64,000 nt of DNA from Candidatus Omnitrophota bacterium. GTDB taxonomy: Bacteria > Omnitrophota > Gorgyraeia > Zapsychrales > Fredricksoniimonadaceae. The translations under genes and the position numbers were made by a program. Under the pieces are notes generated by a model. It saw nothing but the letters and a program-made list of their open reading frames with translations. It made no database searches and had not been told where the DNA came from. The stretch is from assembly GCA_903901225.1 (NCBI GenBank), contig CAIUQE010000011.1, positions 1,453 to 65,452 of the forward strand. Reading direction: 5' to 3'. Shown one piece after another: positions 48,901-60,900 of the stretch (position 1 is its first letter; each line of letters begins with the position of its first letter).

Positions 48901-51900
48901 AACTTCCCGGAATCCAACCTGGCCTGGACCGCCTGCGGGACGGGAAGATCTTCCGTGAACGCCAAAACTTTCGCGTCATCGACAGATGTCTTTATGCCAG
49001 CCCGCCAGTTCCCGGTCGTCCTCCATCCGGGGATCTCCGCAAAAGAAAACCTTTCTCCAACAGACGCAGACCATTGATAAATGGCCGAGGCGACCGGCGA
49101 AACTTCTGTTATCACAAGATCGCCATCCTGCATGTCTTCCCGCATACGACGGTAAAAAGGCTGTTCTTTTCTCATCTGTGAATCCCGGCCCGGACGCTTG
49201 TCGATCATGACCACACTGCCCGGCTCTTGCGTCCTTTGATAACGCCAGAAATAATAATTTTCCTTGATAAGAAGAATCTTGAACGTGCGTCGAGGGTCAA
49301 TGCCATCGAGCCGATCATAACATTGCTGTTGAAGGCGGGCGAGATCCGGCACATCATTGTAGGATGTCGAAATAAAATATAGCTCCTTCAGATTCGGGAA
49401 ATAACGCGCCAGCCTGACGGCATTCAACGGATCCGCGTTCCCCGACGCGGGATAGATCAACGTCGTATAGGCATGGGGATCAACACCCTGCTCTTCCAAT
49501 ACTGTAGAAAAATCATTCAATGACCTTGTCCTGCGGGTGACCGCAGGAACAGGTTCCTGCGCGAGCTGTTCCGCTAATTCGATATTGTTCTGCCGCGCCG
49601 CCTGGATCTCGTTGCGATCTCCCTGGTTCTTCTTAATTTGTCCCACCACAACCCCCGCCACCAGCAGCAGTCCCATCCCCGCCAGGATGGCCGCGGCGTG
49701 AGCCGGCGATGTCAGGACCAGCGCTGCCAGCGGCAAAAGGGCACACTGGATATTCTCTTGTGAACGGTTGCGACCTAACAATTTTTTAATCGCGCCAAAA
49801 ACAATACCGGTCAGCTTCAAAGGTAAAGAAAGTCCCACAATAAGGCTCACCAATAAAAGCTTGAAAGGGTTTGTCTGAATAATTTTTTCCCATTTGCTAG
49901 GCGCCTTACTCCGGACTATTCCATAGGTCAGCGCAACCGCCCCCAGGATCGTGAAAGCAACAACTCCAACCGCAATAAAAACACCGGCCCAGGTCAACGC
50001 ACTCCAACCGGCTGTTGCTGTTGCCGGTGCCATCAATAACAAAAGCGGCCAAGCAAAAGATCGGACTGTCCCGGCATCAGGCCGGGGCTGGACTGTTACA
50101 GGCGACTGCTTCATGTCGCTCAAATTCCTGTCCGCAACAATCCGCTGAACCCTGGCCGCATTATCACCAAAAGCCCTGCCGGGAACCTTGTCTTTAAACG
50201 GTGCTGCAAAATCCATAAATGGTGCCGATAATTGGATCTCGATTTCAAGTTGTGATCCGTTATACAGCACGGTTACAGGCAATTCTTTTCGATTTGCCAG
50301 ATCCTCTGCCAATGGCTGAAGATACGCAAGCCTTTCTTGCAGATCCCGCATTGCCATAAAATCGTGCGACGTCGTTACAACAACATCTTTAATAAACTGC
50401 CCATTCACCTCTTGCATTTGCACGGTCCGATGCAACTGTTGCAGTAATTCTGCAAACGCAACAACATTGACTTCCGCAAGATTTGCCAAAAAGCCCGGAC
50501 AATAAACACGAATGCGTTCAAGATAATCATGTTCGAAAGCTTCTGTCCAATATCTTTTTTTCTGAAGTGCTTTTACTACTTGCCTGGTCTTACGCGCAAT
50601 CTCTCTAACTAACAAACGATTTTTTGTAATAAGAACAGATATTCGCTGCTCCAAAGTTAACCCGTCGACCATATACTTGTAACGCGTTGCCCAAGCTCTT
50701 TTCATCTGCTCCAAGCCATAAAAATTTCCCCCATTGCGGTCACTCCCATCAACAAAAGCCATTAAGAAAAATATATCCAACCACTCGCCCTTGAATTGGA
50801 ACATGTCGTTATATAAATAATCTCTCCCGAAATTATCGACAACTCCATGATGCCGCACAAAAAATGTCATGGCCGTCACAACACTCTCGTGATACCCCCG
50901 CTTACGCAGTTCGCCTGCGATAATGTTTGCGCCTTCACCATAATGATCCCATTCGCGAATACCATAACGGACACCTGCATCATGCGCCGCTGCACCCGCT
51001 ATCAGAATGTCCCGGGCGCGCGGACTCAAATTCTGATACACATAAAAGAATTTCTCACATTCAACACCATATTCTTCCAGGGACACCTTACCCTTAATTA
51101 CAGAAGAAAGGCCATCGTATAATCTTTGCCAGTCACGCGACGCAAGCATCTTTATTCTTTCATTCACCAACATAACATGCGTCTGCTTTCGTTCTTTAAT
51201 ATCAGGCAAAAGGAACGTCTCAATTTCGCGCGCCAAATTGTTCGCATCAGTAAGACCCGTCAATTCAGGCAATACGTTAACTCCAACATTCAAACCGGAA
51301 ACCCTCTGTGCCTCTGACGATGCCAGCGCTTTCAATAAATATGAAAAATATTTCTGACTAATTTCCTCCACCGCCTGTTGCCGAACGCGCTCCTTGAAGC
51401 CACCGTTCTTTTCCCAAACGAAAGGATATACCACCAGCGCGCCGCGCCCTTCACGCACATATTCATTCATCAACATGATCTGAACAACACCTTCAATAAC
51501 CCGATTCAACATGTCCTCGGGTTTGTTAAAATCACCTGTTTGCTCTTTTTTACGGGATGCGACCTGAAGTTCAAACGAGATATCACCGCGATCTTCATTG
51601 CGCACAAGCCTCATTTGCATCTCATAAGCCATAGCCCTCACACTGTCCACAACGTCCCCATTAACTCGAAAAGATGGCCTTTTAAAATAATCTACGACAA
51701 GATGATCCACTTGTTCAATAAAAAGATCACTCTCAATGAGTGCCGCATTCGCCGCAAGAGCCTTGATCTTGTCAGCCGAATTGCGCCCCAAAGCCATTAC
51801 TGCTTCTTTTTCAATTTTTGTCCCACGCGCACCAGCATATTTCCGCTCCCACTCCCATACTCGCCTCTGAAGTTCACCCCTAAGCCGCAAGTCACGCAGA

Positions 51901-54900
51901 TCGATCTCTTCTTTATGCATTTCCCTTCGCATCATGTTCGTCAGGGAATAACCCAAAAACCGCTCGAAAGGACTTATGAAGATTTCCGCTATCACGCGCT
52001 GATTCACAGCCCGCAGAGAAATCTGATGTGACGTGAAAGGCGTAATAAAGATCGTATACATCTTCCCATAGGCATCGCTAAGTGTTCGAAACCAACTATA
52101 CCCTCCCTCGAGCACCGTTAATTTTTTACTGCCGAAGGCTGACGCCAAACCCTTAATAGGGCGCACAACTTTAATATTTTCATCGGAAAGATCAACATCC
52201 TTGTCGCCTTCCAAAACAGTTTCGATCGGCGCATCCTTCATGTGCAAAGTAACAGTTTCCTCAAAATCTTCTTTAGCCATACCCTGCAACTGCTTGTTCA
52301 CACGCACAAGGTCGATCTTACCTTGTGTCGCAAGCGTTAAAAGGCGATTCTTGTCCGCGACACCCAGATTATGAAATCCAAAGTGATATTGCTCACCATC
52401 AACCTCACCCGCCCTTGGATGACGTGTATGATAAAGCGCCAACCTTTCAACAAAGTCTCGATAAAGCGCTTTATCACCTTTAAAAGCACTCGCCATAATT
52501 GCCCCCTTGCCTACTCCCGGCGGCCCGGAATAAACAAGCATTTTTTCCTGTAAAAAAAACTTATCCAGCGGGATCAACCGCAGAACATCTGCCAATACAT
52601 CGACACTTAAAGTATCAATCTCTTCATCCTGAAGTTCACCGCGCATCAAGCGTTCAGCCAACACTCTGCCCTTAGGTATCGTCAAAACATCAGTACGCTG
52701 TTCCGGAACAATCCCCCTAAGCCCTGCCGTCGTCACCTTGATCCACGCGGGAGAGCCCAGGTTACTTTCCTGCGGATCCAGCGCCGCGATGCTTTCGGCC
52801 GAAACCTGCGCCAGCTCAACCCCCATCAACGCCTCATCCGGAATGATCTTCTTGACCGTCGTACTCACATTGACGCGGCTGGCCGTGACGAATACCGGCG
52901 ACCCCGCCAGCTCTTGACGCATAACGGCAAAAGCCGCATTCAATTCCCGTAACTGTTCAACGTCCCCCTCTTTGAGATAGGCCACTGAAATATGATTGAT
53001 GTCCGGAACAAAACGCCTGTAACCTTCAGGAAGATCGCCGGTAAAGCGGGCCGCCATCCGCCCGCGCAACAGCGTCGGGTTATCCGACGCCGACTTCAAC
53101 TCCAGCACAACGGAAAGATCCGGCATCAGCCGCGGGCCAACAACCTGATACGCGAACGGCGTCACACCCCTCGCATCCTCTTCAAGCCCGGACATAAATT
53201 CCTGACGTTCCATGATCGGCCGCGGGCCGATCATAAAATTAGCCACGGTCGTATGGATCTTCGCAAGCGCCTGATAGATCGCCTTCCCTCTGTCCGTATC
53301 CGCCAGCTTGTCAGCAATGACCTGCTGAACGCGGTCAACGACATCACGGGCAGCTTCCTGGCCTCCGAGCGGAATATTATGAAAGATCGACCATTGCGGC
53401 CTTGCGAGGTTCAGGTGATTACGTGCCAATTGATCCCCAACCTGAGCCCCATCTTCCAGCAATTTATCCGTCAATATCTGTTTGTACCCAAAATTCACTG
53501 CGGAAGGATCACTCCCTGCCAGCATCCGATCAAACCCGTCCACCGCCTGCACCCCGAAAACTTCCGGCCGCGCCAGGACTTTCCGCGTGGCTTCTTCAAT
53601 AGCCGGATGCGCCCGCAGATAAAGCAGCTGCCGCGCCATGGCGACGGGCTCATCCGCGCCTTCAACATGAAATTTCTCATGGCCTTCCACGACCCCCTGC
53701 AGGAACAGTAAGTACGCGGCCTTATCCTCACCGGTCAATTCAACAAGCCTGTCTAAATTGGATAAATGTACGTAGAGCGTTTTTTCAGCGGGATTGTAGG
53801 CGGCAATGCTGTCGGCGGTGCGGGCAAAGTCAGAGGTGACAACCACGGCGCACGGAGGCGCCTGGGACAAATAGGGAACTGCCGCGTAAAGATCCCGCAA
53901 CACTTCATCACGCGCCTTATTGAGCGTCTGGCCCTGGGCGTCGATGGCGCGGACACGGTTGTCAACGCCTGCTGTCGCTGTGTAATTGAGCGGCGGAACC
54001 TGATCATTGTAAAGTTCGCGCGTAGCCGTTGACGGAACAAAGGGGGCGGGAGCCGCTGCCCGGCCCTGAATATTTTTTAACGCCTTTTCGATCACATCCA
54101 TGCTCTTATGCGCGTAACCATCCGATCCCTGTTCGACATAGATAAACGTGTCCGCCAATAAAGCCCTCACATGCGACACAAAACGCATTTTCTGTCCAAC
54201 CGCTTCCGGCGCAGCAAAAATGCCGGGGTCTTTCTCGATCAATTCATAATATTTATGCAGTTCCACCAAACGTTCTTTAGCATAACGGCTGCTTATCGCT
54301 GAACTTACTTTGAACGCGACCCTCGCCAGCACAAATGTCACAACAGTCCCTCCCACGATCCAGAGCAGGTTCCCGAGCGGGATGGAAATGCGCGCGGCCA
54401 GCGTATCAAATGCCAGGAAACCGGGAATGGGCACTATAAAGAACCAGATCATCCCGAAAAGAGCGACGACAAAACTTCTGAGGAATTCGGAATAAAGCCG
54501 CGCCTCCTGCATCTTTTTATCTTTTTTAAGTTTTGTCATGTGCGCATCGAACATGTTCGCCAGCATGGCCGGAGGAAAGTACTTGATCAACCCGGCGTGA
54601 AAGTTATTCAACTTGCCGGCCTTTTTATTCAGGCCCTCAATTTGCTTCTCCGCGCCAGAATGCCCTTGAACCCTATTGTTCTCCGCTCTTCTCATGGCCC
54701 CGGTCTTAGGATGATGGATCTGTTCCACAATGGCCTTTGGATAATACATGAGAACCCACGTTAACAATGTCAACCCAACACCGAAGACCAGCACGGTATA
54801 CGCTGCCATAGCACCCCAGGTGCCACCCAAAAGGACAAGGGACGACAATCCGGAATACAGGACCCCGGCCACGCCCCATCCTGCCAGCCTTGACCCCCAC

Positions 54901-57900
54901 TGCTTTGCGTTCCCCGCGAAGTGCCCTTCAGGCGTTTTCATGACGAACATGCCAATGACAAGCCCGAGATTAAAAAGAAGCGACGGCAGCAACAAGATAA
55001 CATTGAGCATATCAAGGCCGGACAAAGCCCAGAGATTCAAGCCGAACAAAAGCAATCCGAAACCCCAGATCACTTTCATGTTGATAAAATTCTCGTATTT
55101 GCGCGTGACATGCTTTCTCATTTCAACGGAGATCGAATCTTCAGCATCCGCGCCGGATAACGTGAACTTCAAGCTCTGGCGCGCGGCCTGACCCAGGAGG
55201 TGGATCATCTGCTGTGTCGCAAACAGCAGGAAGTCGCGCGGCCGATTGGATAGCCAGCGAGAGAGGCCAATGATAAAGCCACCCGCCAGGAAAGCCAGAT
55301 AAACCGAAACCGGATCACCTCCAAAAATCCCAACAATGGCCGCGGCGACAAGCGCGAACACAACAGCGGTCTTGGTATAAAACTCGTGCGCCTCAAGGTA
55401 GGCAATAAGACCATTGAATGTCAGGACCTGGTTGAACATGCCGCCGAGGATCGCGAATACCAGATTAACCCCGATGAAAGGCAGGAAACCGAACTTGATC
55501 GCGATCGGGATCAAAAGGATAAACAGGATCCCGTGAGGTGCTGTAAGGAAGAAGCGTCCGCCGTTATCGCGGATCTCCTTGGCGAAAATGGACTGCGGGC
55601 CATAATCCTGGATCTTCTGCATCATCTTGTCCATCATCAACTGCGGAAACCCGCCTGACCACCGGGGAAACGCGGCCATCCACTCATGCTGGGCGTACGT
55701 CTCACGGATCTTGTGCCAGAACGCCTTGGACTGCGCAAACCGGGGGGTACCGCCCAAACCAATGACCGTGTGTGCCTGCTGCTGCACAGCCCAAATATCC
55801 TCGGAAATACCCACCGCGCTCGGAATGAACCCTACAAGCCCGAACAAGCCCGAAAAATAATTATCCCAAAAGCCCCGGCGCAACGTCCTGGAGCGGATGC
55901 TCAGCGGCATTGTCGGGTACTGCGGGTTCATCAAGGCCGTCTGCGCCCTCCAGTAAGTATTCTTGAGGATATTGCCCCAGCCCGTGCCCACCGACTCACC
56001 CGCCGCGCCGCCGATAGCCATGACACCCTTGACATACGCGCGATGCCCTTCTTCAATGCTCTGTGAAGACTCTCCATGCGGCGACTTGATATTCGTTGTC
56101 CCGCGGCTGGGAACCACAATGACCAGCGAATCATCCGCCAGGGATGTTTTCACATCCAGCACAAAATCATCCATGTTATGAACCGTCGCGTTGCGGTCCA
56201 TAATAAGGAAGGTGTCTTGGCGACTGACCCATTCATGGACCATATCTGTGCCTGTCATGGCCGCGGCTTTATTGGCAAAAGCAGTCCAGTCATGCACAAC
56301 GTTTCCTTCAATGCCTGTCAAAGTTTTCACAAGCCGCAACAACTTCACCCGCTGGCCTTTATCGTCATTCCATTGATAATTTTCTGCGGATGGATTTTTG
56401 TTTCCATCTTCATACTTGTTGCTCAAAAGGATCATGCCGATATCAACACCCGCAAGTTTTTCCTTCAATGCCAGCGCGATATCCATGATCGTGATGCCCG
56501 TATCCTGAGAATGCCCCCCTGATGACTGCATGGAAACCAGGAAACGACGCAGTTTCCAGGTACGGATCAGGCGATCCTTCTGCGCTTCGTCCCGCGCGTA
56601 GAGCCAGATATTGTCGTTCGCCACATCCGCCTGCTGCGTCCCGGCTTTTTGTGCGTCAATAAGGATCTGTACCGGGTGCCACAAGGTCACTTTAAATGTA
56701 GTTTCAACCTGATGCAGTTCCGTGATCCATTCTTTGACTTTTTCATCACCCGCCGTCCCCACAAGATCGTCCACCTCGGCCATGACATCGATCCCGTGCG
56801 AACTGCGGTCCTTGAACCAGTTCCAGCGGTCAATGACGATCTGGCCCCCGAGCCTACCCAGAGTTCCGACCGCATCGCCACCGGCAAAGACCAGCGTGAA
56901 CAATTTTTTGACACCGTGAGCCTTTTCATGCGCGGCGACATTATCGATGTACGCCTTCTCGATACGGGCGTCGTTGCGGGCCATTAGCAACGTGATGATC
57001 TTCTTGTCCAGCAAGCTGGCGGCGATAAGAATGGCGACGACCATCCCATTGACCGGCAGCACAAAAGGCATATGCAGGATCCCGGTAACAGCCGCGGCGA
57101 CAACATACGCCAATCCAAGTGTTTTCATCGGCCATGTGACAAAAGCCGACGCCACAGAATTGATAACATTGGATATGGCGTAACGCGTCATATAAAGCGC
57201 GAGCGCCAGGACAAAACTGCCCGCCCCCAACTGCCACACCACACCGCTGGTCAGATAAACATCCGAGATCCAGTTCACCATGGCCGCCTGTCCCATGACA
57301 AACCCGCCGAGCCACATGAACAGGCCGCTCAATACCGCGTAATTAACAATGGCCTTGAACAGATCCATGGCCCGGCCCGTGGGAACAGATGGCTGTAAAT
57401 GACGGATCAACGAATCCCCCACGATCGACATGGGCCGGCTTTCCGGAATATTCAAAAGGTTCAGGAATTTCGCCAATCCCGAAAATCTGTTGTTGCCCGT
57501 CCGCTCCTGGTAATTGATCCAGGTCTGGGTAACACGGCTATACAATGTGAAAAGATATGGCAAAAAAACGCCGGCGGCTTCCGTCCCGGCGACCAGCCAC
57601 ATCAACCCGTGCGTCATGAACCACTGGCCCAGGCCATGTACCGGCACCATGCTTAAGCCGGCACCGATCAGGACAAACCCGATACCGCGCAGGATATGGC
57701 TTGCGTGATGAAAACCCTTCAATATCCTTGCGGCCGTTTCATCAACGTTCAGGTATCCTTTATATTGCGTCTTTGCCAGAGCGGAAACGGCCACACGCAG
57801 GACCACGCCCACGCCGACGAACGCGAGCGCGAGCTGAATGACCGGCATCGCAACAAGAACAGCCGGCAAAGCGCCAAGGAATGTAAAGATCGACACGCCG

Positions 57901-60900
57901 CCAACGAACTGCTGATACCCCGCCACCATGGCGATCAATACCCCGACCAACTGCGGCAGGACCTTGGCGATATCAATAAAGATGTACCATTTCGGGATGA
58001 TCTCGAAATATTCCCTCTTGAAAAAATCCTTCAGCCCATTCTGTATTTTCCCAATATGATCCTTTTTGACATCAGCCGCGCCATTGACCGCCATCACATT
58101 GGCAAGGACGGCGATCACATTTTCCGTCGTATTCCCGACGATCTCGTGATGGCCGCCATTCAGGGGAGCCTGTACATTCACAGCCCCCACGATCGTCTCA
58201 AGCCGCTGGAGATGCGCGCCAGGCGTGACATAATTCTGAAGGATCTCCTGAATAAAGACCAGGTCGTCCGGCGTGGTGATCGCCGGTGAGCCTCTCGGCT
58301 GAAGGCCAAACTGTCCAAAAAGCTGCGCGATAATTCTGTCTTTCTCCGCCACCCCGGAAGCATTGCCCCCGGCAACGACGATCTTTTGCTTCTCATCCAT
58401 CAGCCTGGTTATGGCGGAACGGTAATATTCGGCATACTGCTCCATGCGGCTCCAGCCGTGGTTACTGTCCATGCTGCCGGCCGAGTTTTTCTTCGACTCA
58501 AAACTGCCGACAGAATCTTTCTTCGATTCAAACACCACGCGGCGCGCCAGGAACGCGTGAATGAGCATGAGCTCATCAAGCCCGTTCAGAAAAGCGTCAC
58601 CGGACATCAATTTGTCATGCAACTCCGCCTCGCTCCAGCCCGCCTTCGCGGCGCGCCAGGCCAGGCCAAGCTTGTAGATCGCGCGCAAATTCCCGCTGAA
58701 ATTCTCATCCACAGGGCCATCCGACGAGCGGATCACGCCGTCGCAGGTCTGCTGTGCCGTAGCCATAAAATTCGTGAAAAGGATGTTCTTCGCCCAACGC
58801 TCTTCCGCGGCCTCCATGATCGCGAGGCTCACCACGACTTTGCCTTCTTTTCTGGCGTTATCCAGACGACGTTTCCATATCGGCCAGATCAGGCTCCAGC
58901 TGATAAGATTCAACCCGATAAGTCCTGCCAGAACGTACGCAAAGCCCCACCAGAATTTTTTGACATCATTGGCCGCGTCATGCTCCACCTGCGCGTTGAT
59001 CGGCATGACCTGCTGCGCGCGGGCCACAGGCGCGGCATCCATCAAGACCTGCGCTGCCGCGGCAGGAGAATAAGCCCATCCGCTCTTGTCATGCGGAACA
59101 AGGACATAACTGCCATCAGCCGTCCTTAATCCGTTAACATCGACGTCTTTAACAGAGAACAGCGAATCCTGCGGCGTCGCTACCTCAATATAGCCGCCAT
59201 GGTTTTGCATGCGGTTAAGCCCATTAACGGCCGCAGCCTCACCCGCGTGGTACCCGATGGAACGGGCGACATCCCGATATTCCGCGGTCATCCTCGACGA
59301 AGCCATGTCCACTTCACCGCGCGGCAAGGTCCAGTCCATGCCCCACACGCCGTTGGCCCTGACGCCAAACATGGCCGTGGCGCGGTCCATCCCCTTGAAC
59401 AACAGCCCCTGGTCAGCGCCCATGGCCGCCTGGGCACGGATAAACGCCAGTGTCGCGCTGGTTGTTGTATGCAGATTCTCGGCGTAAACATTCCCTTTCT
59501 TCACCAGGCTGTTGGCATCGTCCTTGTCCTTGGTGACGATCTGGATCTCATGCGTGCCCGTGATCACCACGCCCTCACGCTGGAATCTCGGCAGGATATT
59601 GCTGTTCAACCAGGCGCCAACGGAAGCCCTCAATTCCAGTGATACGGCACGCAGCTTGTCGTCACCACGGGCGGTGCGCGCGATACGGTCACAAAGGACA
59701 TACGCGTTGGCATTGTCGGTTGTATAGAGTTTTTTGGCCTCAGCCCAGAACGTGATCCCGTTATGATCCTCGGTTTCGGGCGCCACGCGCTCGATCAATC
59801 CGCCTTGAACAAGATATTTATTCCTCAAAGGCTCCAGAAGATTGCCGGTCATGTCATGCGCATGACGATCACCCGTCGCCAGGAAATATTCATACGCCGC
59901 GCGGGCCAGCGCGATCTGCGCGGCCGCGGTCCTCGACGATGGCCGCGCGCTTTTAAACCCGGGAATAAGTTCCTGGGGCATACCCGAATCCACGTGATAC
60001 CACGCGTAAACCGGGTCCTGTCCGCCATTGGTCAAAATATAATAATATCTCAAGGCCCTGGCCGCATCCGCATATTGCCCCTGGCATGTTAACGCGCGGA
60101 TAATAAGCGCTTCGTCTTCCGTGGACGCGTAATCATGGCGCGCCGTCCGCGGATGGGTCAAAAACAGCCCGGAGCCATGGTTGCCTGAATACGGTACAAA
60201 ATTCATTCTGATACCTTCAAGCAAAGTTTCCGGAAGAGCTTCCAATGTGGCCGCGCCAACGGTCAAGCCCGGCTCCCTTTGCGCCATCACCGGCGCCGCG
60301 ACGGGAAGCTCCTGGCTGCGACGACGCTGCCCTTCGCCGGTATAAAGCGCCTTTAATACGGGATCATTATTGCTCCGGGCGACCGATCCACCGAAATATG
60401 GATCCCTGCCCTGGAAGAATGCGTAACGATTTACAAGATTGAAAATGTTAGTATAAACACGGCTATCCAGGTCAGCGGTCGGGCTGTCGCTGTACGGGAA
60501 GATCGTCGCGGCTTCATGGCCATAGATCATCGCCTCACTCTTGCCGCCGTGAGAATTGAAAACCTCGATCGTCGCTGTCTCAAATCCGCTCGTCACGCCA
60601 AAGACCAGCGTATGGCCGTTACGGCGCAATTCATTGAACTCGGCAAAATCACCGTTAACGCCGTAATTCTTGTAGATCGGGATACTGGTCAAAGAATCCG
60701 TGCTGTAATACTGGATCAACGGCAGTGACTGTCTCCCCTGCCCCAGATCTTTCCTGAATGACGTCGCCTGCAAATGTCCGTCATACATCACCTGAGCCAC
60801 GCGCGTGTCCCCTTTGCCCGTCACATAAGTGAAATCACCCCGATACCCCTGGCGGCCGGTCCCCACAAGCCTGGTCCTGTCGGGATTGCCGTTCACATCC

